64,000 nucleotides of DNA, taken from assembly GCF_037042905.1 (NCBI RefSeq), contig NC_087252.1, forward strand, positions 14,136,001 to 14,200,000, written 5' to 3'. This document shows, one piece after another, positions 11,979 to 24,019 of the stretch. The first letter of the stretch is position 1. Each line of letters opens with the position of its first letter. The translations under genes and the position numbers were made by a program. The notes under the pieces are model-generated. The model had not been told where the DNA came from. It ran no database searches and was given only the letters and a program-made list of their open reading frames with translations. This DNA comes from Lytechinus pictus. Taxonomy: Eukaryota.

Positions 11979-13484
11979 TTATTTATTTATTTTTGTTTGG
12001 GGGGAGGGTCCATACCCCACATGTGTATGCCAGCGAGCGGGGAGGGCGACGTTCTTATGACTGAATTCAAGTTTATAAGCATGTGCTAGCTATCATAGTG
12101 CGAAACACGCGAGCCTGAAAATTTATTGACCGGAAAATAAAACATTTAGAGGACTCTTGTCAGTTTTCACTGTTAGTATACACTCTTTTATTTAAAGAGT
12201 TCTCATTTCATTTGTATTTTCTCCCCCTAAACCGTAAACCTGGAAGACTCAAAACAATGAAGTGACATTAAAAAAAGGTGGTAAAATAAACGGAACACGC
12301 GCATTGCGCTTGGTTACGGGGATCGAGAGTAAATAATAATAATGAAAAAACATGTCATGTATACGGAAACAGGGGACTCGATCCATTTTTTCAGATTGGG
12401 GGGGGGGGGGGTGGACAAAATCATGAATCCACATTAGGCGCTCGATCACACAAAATAAATAAACTCTCACACAGTCATACAGTCCTTAAACTGATTTTTT
12501 GTTCCGGGTCAGAATCTAACAATACAAAGTTCAGATCGTGCATGATTCGCGCTCATATCAATAAGGTGAGCCCCTTTTGTTCTTCAGTTTATTCGACGCT
12601 TGTTCCGTTTTCATAAAGTCGGAATATTTCACCTCGCACTTTGCGCTGTCCTCATTTGATTGTACAGATATGTATCATTTTCGCGACTTCCTGGAAACAC
12701 TCCTTTTAAAAAGTCCCCTTTTCAGATCAGTACATAAAAAAATCACATCAGTCGCTTCCCGCTGGCATTAATCGTTTGGTTAGAGCACGATCTTGTTCGT
12801 GAAAAGAGATTCTTTAACAATGTTCCACTGTCAGGTCTTAAAATAAATAAATATACAAACTCGAGCTTCGCGCTTGCATCGTTTAGTTAGTTATTATGAG
12901 ATACCACTTATTGTATAGAATAAAAGGAAATGCACTTCAACTTTAGTCATTCTTTTTCTATCCCCGAAATAGAAACAGCCGTGAAGCAACTCGCCATCAA
13001 ACCAGAAATTTAACTCTTCGATGGGGGGGGGGGGGGGATTGATGACTATATATTCAGGATAATCAATACAGATAAATAGGGTCGAGCTAAGAAGTAAACC
13101 AAAAAAAAGTCGACTTATCTCGATCACTAGAAAAAAAAGTCGGAATTGAAATAAACGAAATGAAATGAAAAGTTATGATATGCCCCGATCGCCGGCCTCT
13201 TCGGGGATGGACACACCAGAACTTTTGCATAGCGTTGTCACAATTCCGAGACAATAATTCATTATGAGGATTCCCTCTGGCTCCGGCCGAAAAGGGAATT
13301 CCTGTTGTTTGAACGAAATAAAAATACAGGTTTGCTCTCTCTTGGTCCAAAGGTCGCAGTAGTATTCCATCGAAAAAGGAAGAGATATTTACCCAGACAC
13401 GATCAGTCACAATGACAACAAAAGTAACTTTTGAAGTTTTGTAGAGATAATCGATAATTTAGATTTGTTTAGTGTCTACATATG

Positions 13485-13494
13485 ATGACGTCAT
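13485..13494. promoter_or_regulatory. Full CRE palindrome (ATGACGTCAT) in the putative promoter of gene 2
   Basis: CREB/ATF consensus about 230 bp upstream of a strong donor, in a CpG-rich region; half-site ACGTCA near 13526. Confidence 0.55.
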
Positions 13495-13559
13495 TAGTGA
13501 TTCACAATTTTCTGGCTTTTCGGATACGTCATATCCGCGAATGGCGTTAGATGAGCTCT

Positions 13560-13724
13560 ACCGTACCTTTATGTCGAGGAAATCCGAGGAGCTATAATTT
13601 CCGTTTTGTCGATAAGAACTACTGATTTGAAAGCAGTGGAGACGCTTACCTGGACGTAGTGACTGGTATTTTCAAAGGATTATTGAACTGGAAAGAAAAA
13701 TCGAGTCTGAAGTCATTTATTCTG
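13560..13724 (+). other. Putative non-coding first exon (5' UTR) of gene 2; start approximate
   Basis: CpG-rich non-repetitive segment ending CTG|GTAAGA; CpG depletion and footprint motifs begin downstream. Confidence 0.5.
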
Positions 13725-14194
13725 GTAAGAAAAATTATGTTTAAGGATGTGTGCTTGCTTGTTTTCGGTTTCGAGGGAGTGTTCGGACATGAACAAGCAC
13801 ACCAGCCCGCCGTATATGGGTGTTTGTCCGTGTCCTCCCCGCTGGAGGAGGTCTCTGCATGCAGCCGCTCAAGCTCGAGCTGGGGCCGTGTTTTGAATTC
13901 TATTTCTATGACGATCATCTTCTTTCTTGTAACTTTTTAGATGGTCCCAGCAAGATAACAGCTCGCTAATATCGGCGTTAAATTTATTTAACTGTTTAAA
14001 AAAGGACGTCCCATGCATATTTTTTTTAATCTCAGCTCTGAAAGAGTCTGATTAAGTACCGTAGTCTCTAATGTTAGACAAGGTCAAGCCTGAACTAGTT
14101 AAGTTGACCAGATTTCACAAAATGAAATATGGGACAATCGACATCAACAAAGAAGGCTACACAGTCACAGTGTTAGACTTGTGAAAAAATCTAA

Positions 14195-14832
14195 AGAATT
14201 GGAAGGGAGGGTAAACAAAAGAATGAAGGAGAGAAAGAAAAGACGAAAGAGAAGAGATGAATTGAGAAGAAAGAAAAAAAAAAAGAAGGGGAAAATGAAG
14301 GAAAGATAAAAAATAAAGGAAAGTTAGATTGAAAGGATGAAAGAGAGAAAAGAGGTTTGATTATGTCATTCTTTGAAATGAATATAGTAGACAGACAGAA
14401 AGAAAAAGAAAGGAAGGGAAGATTAATAAATGTGTGAAAGACAAAATAAAGGAGAGAAAGGAAAAAAAGTAAAAAAAGAAAGGAGGAGGAAAGAAAGAAT
14501 GAAGGAAAGAAAAATGTTTCCTTCATTCTTTGAAAGAAAGAAAGAAGAAAAACAGGAAGGGAGGGAGAAAGGAAGGAAGGGAAAGAATTAGAAGGAAAAA
14601 ATATAATAAAGAATGAAAGAAAGGAGGAAAGAATGAAGGGAGGAGAGAATGAAATAAGAAAATAATGGAAGGAGAGAAAGAACGAAAAGAAAATGGAGAG
14701 GAAGGGAGAAAGAAGCAAAGAAAAGTTTAAGGAAAGAAAGCATGAAGGAAATAGAGGAAAATTTAATAAAGAAGGAAAGTATTAAAAAAGAGAAAGAAGG
14801 AAAGAAAGAAAAATGAACAAAGAGAGAGAGAA
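14195..14832 (+). repeat. Polypurine (AAG/AAGG) low-complexity tract
   Basis: About 640 bp, mostly A/G on + strand. Confidence 0.9.
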
Positions 14833-15189
14833 AGGTTCCAAATCAGTAATCTGAGAATCCATAATATAATTATAAAAATTTCCTGCCGATTTTGTGATTA
14901 TTTTGGTGGAAAAACTGTTAATCATGTGAGATTGTTTGCACCATTGACAATCTGCTCCGATCCTACATGTAGCTAGTAAAAAGTATGTATGTATAAACCT
15001 GCCATGCACGTTCAGGCAGGAGGCCAGTTCGTTTGCAATGTATTGGGTTAGCAAGAAAATCACCGCAGAACTTGCAAAAGTTTACAGTTATCGATTTTGT
15101 TGTCTCTGCTTCGTCATCTGTTGGTTATTTGATGAAAATTCATCACTTTGAAATGTATTAGACCTAACTACATTTTGTTCAATATTCTG

Positions 15190-15294
15190 AAATACGGGAC
15201 AAATAGGCGTCCCGGGGAGGGTTTGTCGGGACGCGGGGACAAAGGAGCAAAATACGGGACGATCCCGGGAAATACGGAATGTCTGGTCACCCTG
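15190..15294. mobile_element. hAT-like transposon end (CAGGGTGACCAGA on - strand)
   Basis: CGGGAC subterminal repeats ending in TCTGGTCACCCTG. Confidence 0.5.
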
Positions 15295-15472
15295 TCTCTA
15301 GATAGATCTACTAGCAGTACATGTTAGTCTACTGAATCTAAAAAATGTAGCCTAATGTTTATAGTCCGAAATTAAAGTTCACCAGTTTTTCTTTTGACTT
15401 TTGTCCACCATGCACCAATCATTAATGTTGTCATTTGGCTTTAATCTAATGTTTAATTGTGGAGATGCTTAA

Positions 15473-16090
15473 AGGAAAATGAAACCCTCGGAACAAGTGG
15501 GCTTGTGTGGAAAAAGAAAAATCAAAGAATAAGATCAAAGAAAGTTTGAGCGAAATCGGACAAATAATGAGAAAATTATGAGCATTTAAATATTGCGATC
15601 ACTAATGCTATGGAGATCCTCCCATTGGCAATGCGACAAAAATGTGTGATGTCACAGGTGAACAACTTTCCCTTTGATGGACTATAAAATACCCCCAAAT
15701 GTTTCTTTTTGCTCTTTCTTATGGTGATACAAACTCTTTATCCATAATATATTCTTTGAAAATCTGTATTACAAGCCCTCCTATACTACATGTACATATG
15801 TAGAAATAATTCATGATCTACTGATTAATGTAATGAAAAAGGCATTTTAAGTGAAATATATACAAAACTAACAAAAGCAATGGGAAAGTTGTTCACATGT
15901 GACATTACACATCTTAGTCTAAGATAGTCGCATTGCCAATGGGAGGATCTATATTACAATAATGATCTAAATTTCAAATGCTCTTAATTTTCTTATTATT
16001 CATTCAATTTTTCTCAAACTTTCGTTGATCTGTTTCTTTGATTTTTCTGTTTTCACACAAGCCATCTTGTTCCAAAGGTTTCATTTTCCT
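15473..16090. mobile_element. Kolobok-like MITE, family A
   Basis: TTAA TSD, AGG...CCT termini, long TIRs; relatives at 55321 and 62500. Confidence 0.8.
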
Positions 16091-17067
16091 TTAAATAAAT
16101 TATTTGATCAAAGTATCTCCTCTGTAAAAAAAGTGCATATTGTTCTGTTGCTCATACATGAAATTTCCATTGCCCCCGGCCCGAGGACGCTTATGCTTGC
16201 GTGTTTGTTAGCCCCCGAGGACTGTTTTCGGGCTGCCACAGTAAGCATGCTTGATACAATGGCTGTCATGTCACAGGCATATTTTCTTTGAAATGAGTCA
16301 TCCTGTCGAATGAGATCTTTAAAAGCTTGTCTTTAGTTTTGGTATTTAAATCTTCCCTATGGAAGTGAATGTCACTGAATTCCATCTCATGTCATAATTA
16401 CTCTAGATAGAGACTCTATCAATCATAATCAATGAATATGTGCCCGAAACGTTTGTTGCACAAAGGATATTACATGTACATGTATAGTCTAGACCTTTCT
16501 AGTCTATCACTAAAAATTTGTTTTTGGATTAGTTTACCAATTTAACATCAGATTTTAAATTAAATTGATCATCCAATATGGCTTGTACATCATGTATACA
16601 TGTACGATTCTCAACTTTAAAAATAAAGAAATATGGGTACTGGGTAGGGCACTGTACGTAAAGATATGAAATCTGAATTTACAATTTTACAAAGGATTTT
16701 TGTCCTTGGTTGTTTCCTTCTGTGGGTGCTTACATGTGTAACAGTGATTCTGAAACCTAAAACCTAAAACGTAATTATACCCATTCCATACATTATGTAC
16801 ATGTAGGTCTGCCTAGCGGTGAGCTGTCAGTATATTTTTTGCTGTATCATGTTGGAAACCCTCCGTATTCTAATAACTGATGATGGATGCTATTTTATTC
16901 CCTCTCCTTCTCTGCCACTTGAGAAGCTGTACTTTGGTTTCACTTTCAACAGACAATATCCGATTTTAGAATGAAAAATGTCTGCGGACAGTATCTGCAT
17001 ACATGAACATTGATCCTCAATTTACATGATGTACAGTACTGAACAGGCCCCATCTTACAAAGAGTGA

Positions 17068-17276
17068 TTTTTTTTTTTTTTTTTTTTTTTTTTACCTGAT
17101 TGCTAAGAAAGCATTAATGCTTGTAAGCAAGCAACCAGAGGACCGACGGCTTAAGGTCCTCTCCGAAGGACCTGGTACTGAGGATTAATGCCTTACCAAA
17201 GGGCACTAGCGCACCAAGTGGGAATCGAACCCGGGTCACCGGAATACGAATCCCCCGCTCTACCGACTGAGCTATC
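17068..17276 (-). mobile_element. Young tRNA-derived SINE (MetaSINE-like core)
   Basis: On - strand: A box TAGCTCAGTCGG, B box GGTTCGATTCC, core GGTCCTTCGGAGAGGACCTTAAGCCGTCGGTCC, poly(A) tail. Confidence 0.85.
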
Positions 17277-17371
17277 CGATCAATCGCAACTATGGACGGC
17301 CAGCAATGTCAACATATAAAATGCATACGAGTTTGCAAAAAAAAAATCTAGATATGAATGTATACATATCC

Positions 17372-19246
17372 CAAGGCTCCACATTAACTTTTTTTGGTGG
17401 TGGCCCGTTCGGGCCACCAAAACCATCAAATAATTTTTTTTTGGTGGCCCGATATTAAAGTTTGGTGGCCCGAAAAATATAAAGAAAAACATTAAAAATG
17501 AATAAAACAAACTTCTGAAATATTAATTCTGCAGCCACTACCACTAAGTTCCTTTCACTTTATACATCTTGTATGTAAACCTTGTTTGCTGTTATTTTAC
17601 TTTGCTAATTGATAATTGTTTCTATCGTTGTAAAAATGAAATGATTGAAAGTGAATAAATGAATTGTATTGTTCGCAGGTTGTGTGGACTTTTTTTTAAA
17701 TCTCTGTATAGAGATAATGGTAAAGTAAATAAATAGTGCATAGCAAACTCAGATAGATGTACAAAACAATGGTTTTTCCTTCCTTCCTCTTTGAATCCTA
17801 AAACCTAGATTATGCATGCCCCAAATCCAGTTTATTTCTGTTTTCTCTTTTGCAGCATATAGAAGGAGAAAATCACAGAAAAATATGCTGCAAAATCAGA
17901 ACAATGCATAAAAGGGAGAAACAAACGAAAATAAATTTCAAAAAGTATATAACAAAAAGAAAACAAAAATAATAAAAGGAATNNNNNNNNNNNNNNNNNN
18001 NNNNNNNNNNNNNNNNNNNNNNNNNNNNNNNNNNNNNNNNNNNNNNNNNNNNNNNNNNNNNNNNNNNNNNNNNNNNNNNNNNNNNNNNNNNNNNNNNNNN
18101 NNNNNNNNNNNNNNGTTAATATAAACATGGGGAAAAGGGGAAAATTAAGAAGCCATTACATATATTTTTAACAGTTGTGGCAACAGTCTATTCTGACTGG
18201 AATATAATTAAAAGCCAAGCATATAATTTTCACTTACATTTTGGGAATGGCACATTTCTATTTTTATATCCTTTAGTTTGTATTATTTTATTTTCAGTAG
18301 AAACATATTTTTTAATCAGGCATATTCAATGGGAAGGGGTATAAATGGTTTAACCACTGTCAAAAAAAATAAAAGAAAAAAAAAGAAAACGGCAAAAACT
18401 ATATTGGAAAAAAAGTGTGAGAAAAGTCCTTCCCTATATTTGCCAAAATGTTGGGAAAAAAATCACATTTCATATCAATGAAATGCCTTCCCAAAGTATT
18501 TACTTTCTTAAGAGTGGTTTAAGAAGTCATTTATAAACAAGAAAGAAAGAAACTGTCTGTTTGTTTAAGGCTAGAAAATACACAGCTTCGAAAGAAACCA
18601 AGTATCAACATAAATACAAATGCACACGTGGGACTGTGATGTACTTGCCTATGTGTTTTTATGTGTATTAATTCATGTGGAAATCGGTCTTTTTGAGTCA
18701 AAAGAGAGGTCATAATTCCTCTTCTTAATACTTGCAAATAATCAGGGTACACCAGATTTTCGTAATATAGACTGTAGAATTTCATTTCATTGGTGTAAAA
18801 GGTGACTTTGACTTAGATTTTCAAAGTTCTGTGGAAGATTTCTCAGCAGCAACATTTTTTATCGCAGCTCCCTGAGTCTGAATAGGCTGAGCTAGAGTTA
18901 GAGCACAGCTGTATGCAGTGGCTTCATGCAAAGCTCACGCCAGCCGGCCGGCGCGGCTGGCTGGATAATAGCTACCGTATGCTATAGCTGTAGGCCTAAT
19001 ATGCAAACTGTGTGTGTGTGTATTTGTGTGTAGATCAACAAAAAAGGCGCATGACGAACTGGCTTGCAATTTGAGCTGTAGAAAGTTGATAAATGCGTGC
19101 AAAATTGGGAGAAAAATTGCGCTACTTTGAAAATTATTGGTTGCCCGATTCGGGCCACCAAAACTTAACATTTTATCAATAATGGTTGCCCGAGGTGAAT
19201 TTTTGGTGGCCCCGGGCCACCGGGCCACCGCTAATGTCGAGCCTTG
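17372..19246. mobile_element. Non-autonomous DNA transposon with CAAGGCTC(C/G)ACATTA TIRs (spans the gap)
   Basis: TIRs plus GGTGGCCC/GGGCCACC subterminal repeats at both ends; no clean TSD. Confidence 0.65.
17983..18114. other. Assembly gap (132 N)
   Basis: Run of N. Confidence 1.
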
Positions 19247-19687
19247 ACTTGCATATCCAGATTAAAATTCATTGATTTCTTGACAATTTGGTGTGTTCTT
19301 CTTTGTTTACAAAGGACATTTTTTAAATTTCCTGTAGAAAAAATTATGACACTGATGGATTTCCATAGAGTTAAGCTTGATTGGATCAATCGTAACTCTT
19401 TGTAAGACGGGGTTCAGGAGTGTGTGTGTGTGAGTTTGAACAGGCTTGTATGAGGGTATCAATCTGTAATATGATTGTTTACATCTGAGACTGACATTCA
19501 ACAACATTACCATCTGATAGAAGTGACCTGGGACCCGTCTTCATACTAAGAGTTACACGTATGATTGATCCAATCAATTAAAACTCTATGGAAATCCATC
19601 AGTGTCATAATGTTTTTCTACAGGAAATTTTTTATGTTCTTTGTAAACAAAGGAGAACACACCAAATTGCCAAGTAATCAATGAATA

Positions 19688-20298
19688 CACTACCAGTCAC
19701 AATTCTTTGACTCACTATTACCTGTTTCGGCCAGAGAACAATAGAATCAGTGGACCAAATCTATTGTTCTCTGGTTGAAACAGGTAATAGTAGGTGGTTT
19801 CAAACCGCCTCGATCACAAGAATCCCCGTTAAATTACGAGAACTTTTTTAGGCTGAAAAATACCCATTAATTATTCCTGCATTCACACCGCCCTGAAACA
19901 TACCCTTCGGGATAAGTTCCTGAAGTTACGAGCATGCGCAGTATGGTCTGATAAGCAGCAAGGCGCGAAATTCAAAATCACTAGCCCAGCAGCAACCCAT
20001 GCACGGCGCCGCACCCAACGACACGCTGGGCTAAAAGTTCCCGTAATTTGCTTTCAGACCGCCAAAATACCCACGACCTTGGAAAAATCCCCGTGAAAGT
20101 TCTCGTAATTTCGCCAAGTACCTACTATTTATCGGGTATTTTCTTTCGGGGATATTACGCGTAGTTTGCTTTCAGACCGCCAAAATACCTGGTATTTTCT
20201 GATCGGGGTAAATTTCCCGATCAGAGAATACCTGGAACTGGCGAACTTCGAGGCGGTCTGAAACCACCTAGTGATTCAAAGAATGGTGACTGGTACTG
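19688..20298. mobile_element. TA-flanked Tc1/mariner-like foldback MITE
   Basis: TA CA(C/G)TACCAGTCAC ... GTGACTGGTACTG TA. Confidence 0.75.
19792..20269. mobile_element. Harbinger-like MITE with 3-bp AGT TSD
   Basis: AGGTGGTTTTCAAACCGCCTCGA / TCGAGGCGGTCTGAAACCACCT; the host palindrome is restored on removal; older copy at ~48465-48938. Confidence 0.8.
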
Positions 20299-20676
20299 TA
20301 CATGTGATTCTATGCAGAGAAATTTTTGAGCAAACATGCATTTCATATGTTGACTTTGGTGGCTTTCCATACATGTACATGTAGTTGTGATTTGTCAGAT
20401 CAATCACAACTCTTTGTAAGACGGGCCCCAGAGCTCAAACAGTCCGGAACCTCTGCATCGTAACTCCCCCAAAGTACTGTTCATTGTATCTCGGATAATA
20501 GGCGCACGCAACAACATCCAGTTGTGCATTGTGGCAACAAATGAATCAAACTATACATGTAGATCCAGGCTGGTATTAGTATGTAGACTCTACATGTATT
20601 CAACCTGTACACTGTGGTCTGTACATGTACATGTACGTGCATGCTTTTTGTATGAGGATCAACACATAATTATTAA

Positions 20677-21270
20677 AGGGGAATCCAGCCTTGGCCATAA
20701 AATGTTGTGTTAGGAAAGAGGAAAATAAATTAACAAAATGGTGAAAGTTTGAAAGAAATCGGACAAGCAATAAGAAAGTTATAGCTGCTTTAAAATTGAG
20801 ATCACTAATACTATGTAGATTTCAAATTGGCAACTGGGTAAGTAAATTATGACAAGGGGCAAGGACAACTTTCCCATAGGCCATGTACTTTATTATCAGG
20901 GATTTGTGGTTTTCTCCTAAGTACCCATTCCCCTGGGGCGGTAATCTAAATATAACCCAGGTAGTATATTGTTTTATGTCCTCATGAAAGAAAAATATAA
21001 TTTGAAATAAAACTTTTGGGAAAAATGACATTTTAGCCATAATATGTATTGGAGTACATGGAAGAGTAGTCCTTGCCTTACATCACTATGACATCCCATA
21101 TGCGGCCAATTTGAAGTCTCCATGGGTATAGTGATTACCAATATTTACAACTTTTAAAAATTCATAACTTTCTTGTTGTTTGTCCAATATTGTTCAAACT
21201 TTCACCTATCAACTTGTTTGATTTTTCTTTTCCTTATAAAAACAAGTTTTTATTTGGGTTGGATTCCCCT
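20677..21270. mobile_element. Kolobok-like MITE, family B
   Basis: TTAA TSD; AGGGGAATCCA...TGGATTCCCCT; near-identical inverted copy at 32365-32965. Confidence 0.85.
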
Positions 21271-22359
21271 TTAAAAATATGAAACTTTGGATTTTGGAAC
21301 TACCGGTACATGTAGGTGGTAGTAAGTGTTCTGTACAACTTTACATTGTACATTCTGGATGTACAGTACATGTACCACAATGAGAGCATTGTTGCAGTCT
21401 TACATTTTACAATTGTGGACTTGAATCTAGATATTCCTCTCGAGTACATGTGCTTTAATACAGGCTACAGGTGTGTGTGCAGTACATGTACATGTAGGTG
21501 TGGAGACTTTGATTTTTAAACCTCATGTGATCGTGCAAGGAAATAAGGGTGCTGTGTAGATTTGGGAACACACCCATGAATTTGATCATGGACCTACATG
21601 TACTGTATGTACTACTCTGTCAGAGTAGTAGGTCCATGTATACACATGTAGGCCTCTTGCATTTTAGATGTACATTATATACCCATAACCCATTAGGAAT
21701 TTTTGTCTTCCCTTTTTGCCGAGATCCCAAATGATGACTTCTGAAAGAAAGATGGGTTAAAAGAATCAATTTGGGAATTGTAGATGTAAGAGAATTGTTC
21801 TGTAGAAACTTCTTTTCCTGAATATATGTTCACTGTTCTTTAGTTTTATTCTCCCTCTTTTTTTGGGAGGGGTCGGGGGGGGGGAGGGGGTGAGGGCTCC
21901 CACTCAAATCACTTCAGTAATACCAAGATGGAGTGAATGTCTTATTAGATTTCTACATGTATTGTCCAATAACTTGTAGGCTTTATTGTACGTGCATGGT
22001 TTCTGTCTTTCTGAACACTGGTAACTAATGACTCATGAAGCCTAACCCCAGGGGTCTCCAATCTATGACCTGACCTTTGCAAGATTTTGATTTCCACCAT
22101 AGGATGTGACCAGTCGAGGGTCATGGTAATTGGAACGTGTAGTGTGTTATACTGTACAGGACTACAGGATATGAAGTATAGTTTTGAAAGTCAACATTAA
22201 TTATAACATTGCATTGTAGTTTATAGCGACAATATGGTATGCAGACTACAGTGTAATTAAAGAGGGAGTGAATATCAATATTGAGTTTGGTCTCTCCTTA
22301 TAATGTACATTGTAAAGTGTACATAGTTTTAATACCCTTTGACATAAAATAGCCTTGTA

Positions 22360-22876
22360 TAATTTTATATCCTATATAAATTAAATCATGTATGCTGATT
22401 GGTTTAAATACATCATGTGACCAAACATATTCTCACTATTTTGTGATGATGTTGAAAATGAAACGCCCACTGAAGAAAAATTGCTATTCCGTGACGTCAA
22501 TGATGGAATAGTGCACTATTCCATCATTGGCGTCACAGATCATGACGGCGCAAGCACTAATACGCGTTCTGCGCTGTGAGCGCGTGGCTTCAGGAAAAGT
22601 ACCGGTAGGTCAGTTTAATAGCGCAGTGGGTTATCTTGGCTCAGATTAAAAAAGGATGAACTACGAGTACAAAAATTAGATTTTTAAGATATATTGCTCT
22701 AATTTATTCAAGTCGGATATAAAACAAATATATTCCAGGCCTTTATTTCGAAAGTATAGAGGGAATTACCGTTCTCATCCTTGGTTGTACACTGTACTGG
22801 CAAAATAGTAATGCCAGTCCAACCTCGGATGAATAATTCCTGCTATACTTACTCAAAGCCTGGTATATTCATCTAT
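22360..22876. mobile_element. Crypton-like non-autonomous element
   Basis: TTTTATATCC...GGATATAAAACAAAT, CTGATTGG, 46-bp palindrome at 22491-22536, terminal long hairpin ~22730-22870. Confidence 0.45.
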
Positions 22877-22935
22877 TGTAAAGAGGAAAAATTATTTTTA
22901 AAATGTTTTGAGAGGAAAAGTACTGTTTTGCTACA

Positions 22936-24019
22936 CAGTCAGACTGCAGGTCCCAAGAAAGTGGCTTCTTTCATCCAAGTGATATTCATGACTTGGGATG
23001 TTTTGCATATTTAATGAGCTTGATGCGGACCAAAACACCTCTTTTCATTCGGTCATTGCTGCTCTAATTGAGCATCGAATTTCATGAATTTGGTACCATT
23101 GTAAAGAAGAAGAATCATTCTTTCAGGTCATGTGTTTGGATTTATTCAAAGATTTTGTAATAAAGGTTAAAATTTTGATCTAAAATATGCTACAAAATAA
23201 ATATTTTTACCTGACAAAAGCTGCTATTTTCACACTTTATTTTTATTTGAGCCCAAATGATTTTTATATCATGATAAAGCTGAATATGTATGCTTTAAAA
23301 TGATATAGGTTTCAAAATAAGAATTGGTTTAATCGGGTCAAGATCACACTTTTCATTTGCCAAGTACATAAAGCAGTTTGAAAACAAGAATACTGCACTC
23401 TGATTGGTCAAAGAGACCACACAATGGAAAATTCCAACGGTCCCAGTGCCTGTGTTCGTGGGAAGGTAACACTTCCCATGTGCTAATCTCCTCAAATACC
23501 CCGCGCCTGTTGTTCTGTGAACCTTATCCAGCCAATCAGAACTCTGGATTTCATGCAAGTACAAAATTTCAGAAATCTCGTCTTGTACCCTGGTGGGAAA
23601 AGTGTGATCTTGACCCGATTAAAAGGTGCCGCATATCAAGAGTGGCATTGTGAGAAAGTACAGAAGTTCAGCTTTATGGAGATATAGATATCATTGAGGC
23701 TCAAAATAAAAAGTTTTGCACAATTTGCAAAATAAAACAGAGGAAGAAAATTCAGTTTTGAGGCACATTTTCAGGCCAGAAATTTACTTATTTAACAAAA
23801 TATTGTATACAAATTAAATGACCAATATAAAAGAGTAACTTTTACTCTATCTGATGGTGCAATAATATTTCATTTAACTTGAGGTTAAGACATGTAAATT
23901 CTTAGAGAAAGAAAATCTCACGAATCACGAGATTTTGCAAGGAGGAGGATTCAGCCACGAGATGATTTGGATGAATCTGGCCTTTTTGCTCATTAGCATA
24001 GGGACCTGCGGTCTGACTG
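22936..24019. mobile_element. Non-autonomous DNA transposon with CAGTCAGAC(C/T)GCAGGTCCC TIRs
   Basis: 19-bp TIRs; CAGT terminus typical of Tc1/mariner; TA on the right flank. Confidence 0.7.
23328..23623. mobile_element. Internal or nested inverted-repeat element
   Basis: TTTAATCGGGTCAAGATCACACTTTTC / GAAAAGTGTGATCTTGACCCGATTAAA. Confidence 0.7.

Larger units (their letters stand above)
17046..19414. mobile_element. Harbinger-like MITE split by a SINE and a ~1.9-kb insertion
   Basis: CCCATCTTACAAAGAG...CTCTTTGTAAGACGGG termini; the pieces rejoin to match the intact copy 49493-49740. Confidence 0.7.
19531..20428. mobile_element. Harbinger-like MITE carrying two nested MITEs
   Basis: CTG/CAG flanks; same family as 49493-49740. 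Confidence 0.7.

Noticed and set aside
14191-14718. 175-aa hydrophobic ORF
   Set aside because: Translation of the pyrimidine strand of the polypurine tract.
17200-17276. tRNA gene on - strand (CGT in the anticodon position)
   Set aside because: Anticodon and T stems mispair, acceptor stem is missing, and it runs into a SINE core and poly(A) tail.
20822-21040. Duplicated 72-aa ORF MAKMSF.. (also 32595-32813) and 64-aa MKPLYL.. pair (55424, 55805)
   Set aside because: Chance frames inside near-identical MITE copies or palindrome arms; no recognisable domain.
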